This document shows positions 45,112 to 52,821 of a DNA stretch of 64,000 bases, piece by piece; position 1 is the stretch's first letter, and the number at the start of each line of letters is the position of its first letter. The notes beneath the pieces were generated by a model that was not told the DNA's origin, ran no database searches, and saw only the letters and a program-made list of their open reading frames with translations. The stretch is from Candidatus Omnitrophota bacterium (GTDB lineage Bacteria; Omnitrophota; Gorgyraeia; 2-01-FULL-45-10): assembly GCA_041661345.1 (NCBI GenBank), contig JBAZUO010000002.1, positions 6,447 to 70,446 of the forward strand, read 5' to 3'. The position numbers and the translations under genes are program-made.

Positions 45112-46793
45112 TGCAGCATGGCGGAATCGAAAAAGAATTATCCCACGCAATTGAACGCGCCGCGGGCGCTGTTCTAAAAGACCGCGGTGTCCATCCGGAT
45201 AAAATCCAGGAATTAAAAGCAGAACTCGAAATACCCAAAGAAAAATCTCACGGTGATCTCTCCACGAATATAGCGCTAAAGGCCTGTAAGTTTGCCGGCG
45301 CATCCCCGATCGACCTGGCCGCCCTAATTAAGGCCAGGATCGAGATAGATACTCTGCATCAATTGAAGAATGAGATAGAGACTGTCGATATAAAGGCCCC
45401 TGGTTTCATAAATTTTTTCCTCAAGAGAGAATACCTGTGCAAACTTCTTCTGGATATAAAAAGAAGGAAGAATAGATATGGAAGCTCGAGTATAGGGCGC
45501 GGTATAAAGCTGCAGGTGGAGTTCGTCAGCGCCAATCCTACAGGGCCTCTTACCATAGCCCACGGCAGACAGGCCGCCATAGGCGATAGCTTAGCCAACA
45601 TATTGGAATTTCTCGGATACAAAGTAACCAGGGAATATTATTTAAACGATGAAGGCACGCAGATGGATAACCTCGGCAAGTCCATACGCGCGAGATACCT
45701 TGGATTGTTGGGTAAAGATGAGCCGTTTCCACAGGATGGGTACAAGGGCGCCTATGTGGCCGATATCGCGAAAGATTTCAAAAAGAAATTTCGTAATAAA
45801 CATATCGATACAACAGATATAAAGGTATTCAGGGAGTTTGGGCTTAAATGGATGCTCGTCGATATCAAGAACGACCTTAAGGATTTCGGCGTCAGATTCG
45901 ACGTCTGGTACAGCCAGAAGGGCTTAAGAAAATCGGGGAAGGTTGAGGCCGTTGTAAATATCCTGAAAGGGAAGGGATATATTTACGAGAATGAAGGCGC
46001 CGTATGGTTCAAATCCACCGCATTCGGCGATGATAAAGACAGGGTTATATTCAAATCCGACGGAAGCGCGACATATCTTACGCCGGATATAGCCTATCAC
46101 CTGGAAAAGTTTCGGAGAGGCTACAAGAAGATCATAGATATATGGGGCCCGGATCATCATGGCTATATCCCGCGCATGAAGGCGGCGATAAAGGCCCTCG
46201 GCTTTTCGGATGATTCGCTTACGGTGCTTATTGTGCAGCTTGCCACTCTTTACAGGGCAGGGGCGGTCGTTTCCATGTCCACGAGGGCGGGTGAATTTAT
46301 TACGCTGCGTGAAGTTATGGACGAGGTCGGCAAGGACGTTTCGAGATTCTGCTTTATGATGCGCAGGATCTCAAGTCATCTTGATTTTGATATCGACGCC
46401 GTGAAAAAGGAATCCCAGGAGAACCCCGTCTATTACATACAATATGCGCATGCAAGGATATGTTCGATCTTGGATCATGGCAAAAAGGAACACATACACG
46501 TCACGAAATTCGATTCCAATCTCCTGAAAGAAAATGAAGAGTTGGAGCTTCTAAGGATGTTAAGGCAGTTCCCTACGATAGTCACGATGGCGGGTAAATC
46601 CTGCGAACCATATATGGTGATGCAGTATTTGCAGGACCTGGCGACGGTATTCCATTCATTCTACAATAAACACAGGGTGGTGAGCGATGATCTGCCGCTT
46701 ACCAAGGCAAGGCTGGTCCTGGTCGATTGCGTCAGAATAGTTCTTGCCAACGGCCTGGATCTGCTCGGAGTCTCTCTTCCTAAAAAGATGTAG
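45111..46793 (+). CDS. argS: arginine--tRNA ligase
   Basis: VEFVSANPTGPLTIAHGR (HIGH-type), MSTRAGEF, and a DALR anticodon-binding C-terminus. Confidence 0.95.
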   Translation: MQHGGIEKELSHAIERAAGAVLKDRGVHPDKIQELKAELEIPKEKSHGDLSTNIALKACKFAGASPIDLAALIKARIEIDTLHQLKNEIETVDIKAPGFINFFLKREYLCKLLLDIKRRKNRYGSSSIGRGIKLQVEFVSANPTGPLTIAHGRQAAIGDSLANILEFLGYKVTREYYLNDEGTQMDNLGKSIRARYLGLLGKDEPFPQDGYKGAYVADIAKDFKKKFRNKHIDTTDIKVFREFGLKWMLVDIKNDLKDFGVRFDVWYSQKGLRKSGKVEAVVNILKGKGYIYENEGAVWFKSTAFGDDKDRVIFKSDGSATYLTPDIAYHLEKFRRGYKKIIDIWGPDHHGYIPRMKAAIKALGFSDDSLTVLIVQLATLYRAGAVVSMSTRAGEFITLREVMDEVGKDVSRFCFMMRRISSHLDFDIDAVKKESQENPVYYIQYAHARICSILDHGKKEHIHVTKFDSNLLKENEELELLRMLRQFPTIVTMAGKSCEPYMVMQYLQDLATVFHSFYNKHRVVSDDLPLTKARLVLVDCVRIVLANGLDLLGVSLPKKM

Positions 46794-46802
46794 TTATCTC
46801 AA

Positions 46803-48695
46803 ATGTTTGAATCTATAAAGATCTACCTTAAAGAAGAGATCGATTTAGAAGAGATATCCCTTAAACTGGTGGAGTACGGCTACCGTGCCTCCAAAAAAGT
46901 TTCCGAGGAAGGTGATTTCTCACGCCTCGGAGACACACTTACAATATATCCCGCGACATTTGAATATCCCCTGAGAATCGGTTTTTTGCATGATAAAGTC
47001 GAACGCATAACGAGCGTAGACCCAATCACCTATGAGAATGTTGAAAACCACGATGTCGCTATAATACTCCCGATAAAAGGTATTGCCAGAAAGAGGATCC
47101 GCCGCAAAGAGCTGGACACTGCCGAACAATCTCCGATCGATAACTTCGTTGACATAGAAGCCGGCGACTACATTGTCCACATAGAACATGGTATAGGTAA
47201 ATATCTCGGCGTAGAGAAGGTTAAGATAGACAAGAAGTATGTTGAGCATCTGGCGATAGAGTACGCATCCGGCAGCAGGCTCTATGTGCCGTTTACCGAT
47301 CTGGATAAGATACACAAATATTTCGGATTTGAGAAGAGACTTCCGAAGCTCCATAAGCTGGGTGCCAAATTGTGGAAAGCCCAGAAGGAGAGGGCGAAGG
47401 AAGGTGTATATAAAATAGCGGCTGAGCTTCTCGAACTGCAGGCAAAACGTTCATCGGCCCCCGGATTCAGATTCTCAACCGATACCGAGTGGCAGGCGAA
47501 GCTCGAGAAAGAATTCCCTTACAAAGACACGCCCGATCAGATGCGCTCGGCGATAGAGGTGAAGAAAGACATGGAGTCTTCCAAACCGATGGACAGGCTT
47601 CTCTGCGGAGATGTCGGTTATGGAAAGACGGAGGTTGCGATAAGGGCCGCCTTTAAGGCGGTGATGGACAATAAGCAGGTAGCGATCCTTGTACCTACCA
47701 CTATCCTCGCCGAACAGCATTTTAATACATTTACTAACCGCATGAAGAACCTGCCTGTGGTTGTAGAGATGCTATCGAGGTTCAGATCTAAGGATGAGCA
47801 GAATAGAATAGTGAAGGGTGTAGCCAGCGGCACCGTTGATATAATCATAGGCACACATCGTCTTCTTTCACAGGATATAAGATTTAAAGACCTGGGGCTT
47901 GTGATCATAGATGAAGAGCAGCGCTTCGGAGTAAAACACAAGGAGCATCTAAAAAAGATGCGGTTATCTGTCGATGTCCTGACGCTGACTGCCACACCCA
48001 TTCCGCGTACACTATACCTTGCGCTGATGGGCGGCAGGGACATATCGGTTATCAATACGCCGCCGTCCGAGAGGCTGCCTGTAGAGACGAAAGTTACACA
48101 CTATGACGACGCGCTTGTGCGGGATGCGATCATGAAAGAGAAACGTCGCGGAGGCCAAGTATTTTTTGTCCACAACAGAATAAAGGGGATAGAGAAACTC
48201 GCCAGGGACCTTGCCGCCCTTGTGCCCGGAATAAGCATTGCCGTCGGCCACGGGAGGATGAACGAGAGACAGCTCGAGGACTCCATGATCAAATTTATAG
48301 ACGGCAAGATCGACTGCCTTGTTTCGACGACGATCATAGAGAGCGGCATAGATATTCCAAACGCGAATACGATAATCATAAACAGGGCTGATACGTTTGG
48401 GCTATCGGAGCTTTATCAATTGCGCGGCAGGGTGGGCAGGTTCACGAGGGCGGCGTATGCGTACCTGCTTATTCCGAAGCATTTTGTCTTAAGCTCCGAA
48501 TCCCAGAAGAGATTGACTGCAATAAAGAAGTTTCAGGAACTCGGCAGCGGGTTCAAGCTTGCAATGGAAGATCTTCAGATCAGGGGCGCGGGCAACCTTC
48601 TCGGCGTCGAACAGCACGGCTATATCAACGCGGTCGGCTTCGACCTATACTGCCGCCTCCTCAAATCCGCGATCGATTCCTATAAGAAAAAATAA
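46803..48695 (+). CDS. mfd: minimal Mfd-like transcription-repair coupling factor (630 aa)
   Basis: UvrB/Mfd domain-2-like GDFSRLGDTLTIYP...PLRIGFLHDKVERITSVDP, CarD/RID GDYIVHIEHGIGKY, and SF2 motifs GDVGYGKTE, DEEQRFG, QLRGRVGR. TRG-like LQIRGAGNLLGVEQHG. It ends ~25 aa later. Confidence 0.8.
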   Translation: MFESIKIYLKEEIDLEEISLKLVEYGYRASKKVSEEGDFSRLGDTLTIYPATFEYPLRIGFLHDKVERITSVDPITYENVENHDVAIILPIKGIARKRIRRKELDTAEQSPIDNFVDIEAGDYIVHIEHGIGKYLGVEKVKIDKKYVEHLAIEYASGSRLYVPFTDLDKIHKYFGFEKRLPKLHKLGAKLWKAQKERAKEGVYKIAAELLELQAKRSSAPGFRFSTDTEWQAKLEKEFPYKDTPDQMRSAIEVKKDMESSKPMDRLLCGDVGYGKTEVAIRAAFKAVMDNKQVAILVPTTILAEQHFNTFTNRMKNLPVVVEMLSRFRSKDEQNRIVKGVASGTVDIIIGTHRLLSQDIRFKDLGLVIIDEEQRFGVKHKEHLKKMRLSVDVLTLTATPIPRTLYLALMGGRDISVINTPPSERLPVETKVTHYDDALVRDAIMKEKRRGGQVFFVHNRIKGIEKLARDLAALVPGISIAVGHGRMNERQLEDSMIKFIDGKIDCLVSTTIIESGIDIPNANTIIINRADTFGLSELYQLRGRVGRFTRAAYAYLLIPKHFVLSSESQKRLTAIKKFQELGSGFKLAMEDLQIRGAGNLLGVEQHGYINAVGFDLYCRLLKSAIDSYKKK

Positions 48696-48776
48696 AATTT
48701 CATGGCTCCTAAAAATGTGCTGTGTCGAGTGGCTCACAGGGACGCTCGGCCGCTCCAGCGGCGGCCTCGCTCCAGG

Positions 48777-48830
48777 TAAATTTTTGTGCCGCCGCTATTT
48801 AACAATAGCGGACCAATCCACAAAAATTTA
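48777..48830 (+). repeat. two-tier perfect hairpin H1
   Basis: Outer 12 bp TAAATTTTTGTG (48777-88) / CACAAAAATTTA (48819-30). Inner 8 bp CCGCTATT (48792-99) / AATAGCGG (48804-11). Loop TAAC. Confidence 0.9.
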
Positions 48831-49010
48831 CAGGCCCTGTTCACCACATTGCCACATCACATTCTGTAATCCGTAAAATTTTCCGACTCTCCTCAGGATT
48901 TTTTTTGCTTCTTAGTATCGGCGGAACTTTTGTATGCCTTATTATTCTTATACAGCCGCCCGGGGCAGTGGGGTTGAGCCGTGAAATTTTACGGGTGACC
49001 CTACTGAACG

Positions 49011-49086
49011 TAGAGACGCTTTCCGTGACCATCGGGAAACTGCCCCATTTATGACACTTTCCCGATTACCTCCGAAAGCGTCTCTA
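49011..49086 (+). repeat. two-tier perfect hairpin H3
   Basis: Outer 13 bp TAGAGACGCTTTC (49011-23) / GAAAGCGTCTCTA (49074-86). Inner 9 bp ATCGGGAAA (49031-39) / TTTCCCGAT (49058-66). 7x7 internal loop and 18-nt apical loop. Confidence 0.9.
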
Positions 49087-49126
49087 TCCCCCGATGTTCT
49101 CCCTAAGAAATTTTTCGATTCCTAAA

Positions 49127-49233
49127 GAGTCCCCCAAAGCGTTCGCGCCCAACCATATCTTCAAGATGTGATGTGGTGAACCACTCGACACATCACATCT
49201 TACGAATGGCTTGGGCGTGGAAGATGGGGGCTC
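49127..49233 (+). repeat. 107-nt extended imperfect hairpin H4
   Basis: Apical 13 bp perfect stem 49163-75 / 49189-201 around the loop GTGAACCACTCGA. Lower helices are 49151-56/49206-12, 49142-50/49213-21 (two G-U pairs on the + strand) and 49127-35/49226-33. Confidence 0.8.
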
Positions 49234-49261
49234 GAAGACAAAAAATTTCCCCATAATCCGT

Positions 49262-49291
49262 TTGACGTTATATTAGTATATATGTTACAAT
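49262..49291 (+). promoter_or_regulatory. sigma70-type promoter (extended -10) of the DHS-like/LPS gene block
   Basis: TTGACG (49262-49267), 18-nt spacer ending in TGt, TACAAT (49286-49291). Confidence 0.55.
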
Positions 49292-49315
49292 ACACACTTC
49301 GAAAGGGCGAAATAG

Positions 49316-50254
49316 ATGAATAGATGCAGGGCTGACCTGACCAAGATCAGGACGATACCGCTTAATGCGCGTAAGTGCAAAGTGGCCATAAAAGACTTTG
49401 CCAAGCTTACAAAAAAGGGCTCCAGTTTCAAGAGTTTCTACGAATCACTTCCCGATATACTCGCAAGCCAGAATTTTCGTGTTCTTGTCGATAGAATAGC
49501 CGAATCCTACAGAAAAGATAAGATGGTTATATTGATGATGGGTGCACATGTCATAAAATGCGGCCTATCGCCGCTTATCATAGATCTCATGAAACGCGGG
49601 GTGGTTAAGGCGGTCGCGTTAAACGGCGCGGGCGTTATTCACGATACAGAGATAGCGATGATCGGCAGGACGAGCGAAGACGTCGGTGAAGGAATACTCG
49701 ACGGGTCGTTCGGTATGGCGAAGGAGACGGCGAGCTTCATAAACGGCGCGATAAACGCCGGATTCGGCGATGGTATAGGGATAGGCGAGGCGGTCGGTTC
49801 GGCCATTGTAAATAATAAGCTGCTCCATAAAAATTTAAGCATACTTGCCAACGGATACGAATTGAACGTCCCCGTAACGGCGCACGTCGCGATAGGCACG
49901 GATATAATTCACCAGCACCCGTCGGCAAACGGTGAGGCGATCGGAGAAGGTTCGCTTCTGGATTTCAGGAATTTCATATACAGTATTTCGCGGCTCGCGG
50001 GAGGCGTGGCAATCAATCTAGGCTCCGCAGTGATCCTTCCCGAAGTATTTTTGAAGGCGGTTACTGTCGCCAGAAACCTCGGTAATAAGTTGGACGTATT
50101 TACTACCGCGAATTTTGACATGATAAGCCAGTACAGGCCGTATCAGAATATACTATCGCGGCCGACATCCAAGGGTGGCAAAGGCTACAATATCACCGGG
50201 CATCATGAGATAATGATACCGCTTCTTTACCGTTCCATTATCGAGAAGATCTAA
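49316..50254 (+). CDS. uncharacterised protein with a deoxyhypusine-synthase-like (DHS-like) pattern
   Basis: VILMMGAHVIKCGLSPLIIDLMKRGVVKAVALNGAGVIHDTE parallels the DHS segment GYTSNLISSGIRE...VDVLVTTAGGVEEDL as I recall it. NVPVTAHVAIGTDIIH and GVAINLGSAVILPE also parallel it. The assignment is by eye only. Confidence 0.35.
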   Translation: MNRCRADLTKIRTIPLNARKCKVAIKDFAKLTKKGSSFKSFYESLPDILASQNFRVLVDRIAESYRKDKMVILMMGAHVIKCGLSPLIIDLMKRGVVKAVALNGAGVIHDTEIAMIGRTSEDVGEGILDGSFGMAKETASFINGAINAGFGDGIGIGEAVGSAIVNNKLLHKNLSILANGYELNVPVTAHVAIGTDIIHQHPSANGEAIGEGSLLDFRNFIYSISRLAGGVAINLGSAVILPEVFLKAVTVARNLGNKLDVFTTANFDMISQYRPYQNILSRPTSKGGKGYNITGHHEIMIPLLYRSIIEKI

Positions 50255-50258
50255 AAGC

Positions 50259-51257
50259 ATGAAAACGCAAAATATGAATACGATAAGAAAGACGATAGCG
50301 AATTTTAAAGGCGTCAGAGTCATGGTCATAGGCGACCTGATACTCGACGAATTCCTGTGGGGGGATGTCTCCAGGATATCACCGGAGGCACCCGTGCCGG
50401 TAGTCTGGGTGAAGAAGGAAAGTTTCATGCCGGGTGGGGCTTCGAACGTCGCGAATAACCTAAGCTCTCTGGGCGCCAAGGTGTTTTTAGTCGGAGCGAT
50501 CGGGGATGATGAACGTGGCGCGATATTAAAGACTGAACTTGAACAGAAGGGCATTGACACGTCCGGAATATTTGTTGATGAGTCGCGCCCCACTACGCTC
50601 AAAACGCGGGTTGTTGCCCAGCATCAGCAGGTTGTGCGTATCGATAAAGAAAAGGTCGGCCCGCTAAGCCAGGACATCGTTTCCGAGATGATGAATTTTG
50701 TGCACGACAATATTAAATCGATGGATGCTTTGGTGATAGAGGATTACGGCAAGGGGGTTATATCGCCAAGGCTTTTGGCCAAGGTGGTGCCTTTCGCCAA
50801 GCGATGCAACAAGATCATATCCGTGGATCCAAAAGAAGAGCATTTCAAGTATTATAAAGGGATAACAGTTATCACGCCGAACAATCACGAGGCCGCCAAG
50901 GCCGTCGGGTTTGAGATTAAGGATGATGTGACGCTGCGCAGAGCGGGGCAGGCCTTATTAAATAGGATGCATTGTAAGATCGCGCTCGTGACTTTGGGCG
51001 AGAATGGTATGGCGGTATTTCAGAAAAATAAGCCGATGAAACACATACCGACGGTTGCTCAGGAAGTTTTCGATGTATCCGGGGCGGGCGATACGGTTAT
51101 TGCAAGCTACACATTATCATTAGCCGCCGGGGCAGATCCCATACGGGCTGCGCATATCGCGAATTACGCGGCAGGAATAGTTGTAGGCAAGGTTGGGATC
51201 GCGGTGGTTACACCGGAAGAACTCATAGATAGAATAAAAACGGAGTACGATAAATGA
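50259..51257 (+). CDS. hldE: D-glycero-beta-D-manno-heptose-7-phosphate kinase (RfaE/HldE domain I only)
   Basis: VMVIGDLILDEFLWGDVSRISPEAPVPVV, PfkB-type TPNNHEA, and DVSGAGDTV. No adenylyltransferase domain is fused. Confidence 0.85.
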   Translation: MKTQNMNTIRKTIANFKGVRVMVIGDLILDEFLWGDVSRISPEAPVPVVWVKKESFMPGGASNVANNLSSLGAKVFLVGAIGDDERGAILKTELEQKGIDTSGIFVDESRPTTLKTRVVAQHQQVVRIDKEKVGPLSQDIVSEMMNFVHDNIKSMDALVIEDYGKGVISPRLLAKVVPFAKRCNKIISVDPKEEHFKYYKGITVITPNNHEAAKAVGFEIKDDVTLRRAGQALLNRMHCKIALVTLGENGMAVFQKNKPMKHIPTVAQEVFDVSGAGDTVIASYTLSLAAGADPIRAAHIANYAAGIVVGKVGIAVVTPEELIDRIKTEYDK

Positions 51258-52003
51258 ATGCAATAGGCGTAATACCGGCGCGATGGGGCGCCACAAGGTT
51301 TGAAGGCAAGATCCTAGCTAATCTTCTCGGTAAGCCCGTGATACAGCATGTCTGGGAGAACGCCAAACGCGCGAAGACCCTGGATGATCTTATAGTAGCG
51401 TGCGATGATGAGAGGATACTGAAGGTTGTAGAGGCGTTTGGCGGAAAGGCGGTTTACACCTCTCCGGATCAACCCTCCGGCACAGACAGGATCGCCGAGG
51501 TAGTGAATCCTTTGGACGTCGCGATAGCGGTTAATATACAGGGCGACGAACCGCTGATCAAACCGATAATGATAGATTCCCTGGTTTTGGCGTTGGAAGA
51601 TGAAAAGGTCGCTCATATGGCGACCGTGATAAAAAAGATCGATGACCAGGAAGAGCTTACCAATTCCAATGTTGTTAAGGCTGTGATCGACAAAAATGGA
51701 TATGCGTTGTACTTTTCCAGATATGCGATACCGTATAACAGGACCGGTGAAACTGATCCGAAGAAGCGCCCCGTTTATTACAAACACGTGGGCCTTTACG
51801 CATACACAAAGGATTTTTTATTTACGCTTCGAAGCCTGTCCGTATCGCCCCTGGAGAACGCCGAGAAGCTTGAGCAGTTAAGAGTGCTTGAAAACGGTTA
51901 TAAGATAAAGACGGTGGAGACGAAATTCGACACTGTTGGTATAGACAGGCCGGATGACTTAAAGAAGGCCGAAGACCAACTGCTTAGAGAAAGAGAAAAA
52001 TAA
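51254..52003 (+). CDS. kdsB: 3-deoxy-manno-octulosonate cytidylyltransferase
   Basis: IGVIPARWGATRFEGK, VNIQGDEP, YKHVGLYAY. Confidence 0.93.
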   Translation: MNAIGVIPARWGATRFEGKILANLLGKPVIQHVWENAKRAKTLDDLIVACDDERILKVVEAFGGKAVYTSPDQPSGTDRIAEVVNPLDVAIAVNIQGDEPLIKPIMIDSLVLALEDEKVAHMATVIKKIDDQEELTNSNVVKAVIDKNGYALYFSRYAIPYNRTGETDPKKRPVYYKHVGLYAYTKDFLFTLRSLSVSPLENAEKLEQLRVLENGYKIKTVETKFDTVGIDRPDDLKKAEDQLLREREK

Positions 52004-52821
52004 TGGTAAAGGCAATCTCCATAGGTAAGATAAAGATAGGCGGTGCCAATCCGTTCGTGCTGATAGCGGGCCCGTGCGTCATAGAGTCTGAGGCTAGCGC
52101 CATAAGGCATGCCAGGGCGCTAAAAGAGATCGCCAGAAAGATAGACGTATCGCTGATATACAAATCAAGTTACGATAAGGCAAACCGCACCTCAATAAAT
52201 TCCTACAGAGGCCCCGGCCTCACGAGAGGTTTGAACATATTAAGACAGGTCAAAAAAGAGGTCGGCGTTCCCGTGCTTTCGGATGTTCACAGCACCGATG
52301 AGATAGAAGAGGCTGCTGATGTTCTTGATGTGATACAGATCCCGGCATTCCTATCGCGCCAGACGGACCTGATCCTGGAAGCGGCCAAAACAGGTAAAGT
52401 GGTTAATATTAAGAAGGGGCAGTTCCTGGCGCCGTGGGACATGAAGCATGTAATTAAAAAGATCGAATCCACGGGGAACAGAAAGATCATAATAACCGAG
52501 AGGGGCGTAAGTTTCGGCTACAATAATCTCGTGAGCGATTTCAGGTCGATATTGATCATGAAAGAATTTGGTTACCCGGTTGTATATGACGCGACGCATT
52601 CGGTACAGATGCCCGGAGGGCTTGGGGATAAATCAGGCGGGGAGAGGCGTTTCATACCGCATCTTTCAATGGCCGCGATAGCGTGCGGTGCTGATGGAAT
52701 ATTTGTCGAGGTGCACGAAGATCCCGACAAGGCGTTAAGTGATGGGCCGAACATGGTGCGGCTTAAAGACCTCGGCAAAATTCTTGCGAGGCTAAAAAAA
52801 ATAGAGAAAGCTATTTCCTAA
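52003..52821 (+). CDS. kdsA: 3-deoxy-8-phosphooctulonate (Kdo-8-P) synthase
   Basis: LIAGPCVIES, YKSSYDKANRTS, IQIPAFLSRQTDL, DATHSVQ. Confidence 0.93.
   Translation: MVKAISIGKIKIGGANPFVLIAGPCVIESEASAIRHARALKEIARKIDVSLIYKSSYDKANRTSINSYRGPGLTRGLNILRQVKKEVGVPVLSDVHSTDEIEEAADVLDVIQIPAFLSRQTDLILEAAKTGKVVNIKKGQFLAPWDMKHVIKKIESTGNRKIIITERGVSFGYNNLVSDFRSILIMKEFGYPVVYDATHSVQMPGGLGDKSGGERRFIPHLSMAAIACGADGIFVEVHEDPDKALSDGPNMVRLKDLGKILARLKKIEKAIS

Larger units (their letters stand above)
48696..49261 (+). other. gene-free, hairpin-dense island: candidate large structured RNA or non-autonomous (MITE/PATE-like) element
   Basis: This is the longest non-coding stretch in the window. It holds several perfect nested stems and long-range inverted repeats (see findings). 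There is no credible ORF and no resemblance to the RNase P, tmRNA, SRP or 6S consensus that I can recall. Confidence 0.45.

Noticed and set aside
48815-48848. DnaA-box-like words (AATCCACA, TTCACCACA) suggesting an origin of replication
   Set aside because: Each deviates from TTATCCACA at two positions. There is no AT-rich unwinding element, no dnaA or dnaN nearby, and gene orientation does not switch at this site.
48559-49032. ORF-track entries 48559..48876 (+, 105 aa) and 48841..49032 (-, 63 aa) as real genes in the island
   Set aside because: The first starts inside mfd in another frame. Neither has an SD. Both have low-complexity, Arg/Ser/Cys-rich sequences with no recognisable family. 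They are better explained as chance ORFs across GC-rich stems.
48696-49261. Decayed remnant of the missing Mfd C-terminal (D7) region
   Set aside because: The size is about right, but translating the three + frames gives frequent stops. Nothing resembles the Mfd C-terminal region.
48696-49315. Could the island be a standard housekeeping RNA (RNase P RNA, tmRNA, SRP/4.5S RNA, 6S RNA)?
   Set aside because: On neither strand did I see the RNase P GGAAAGUCCGGGC or ACAGAACCCGGCUUA boxes. I also saw no tmRNA 5' GGGGCUG with a 3' T-arm and CCA end, no tag ORF, and no SRP GUCAGGUCCGGAAGGAAGCAGC core. The 6S single ~185-nt bubble hairpin architecture is absent too. This is a by-eye check only; cmscan would be decisive.
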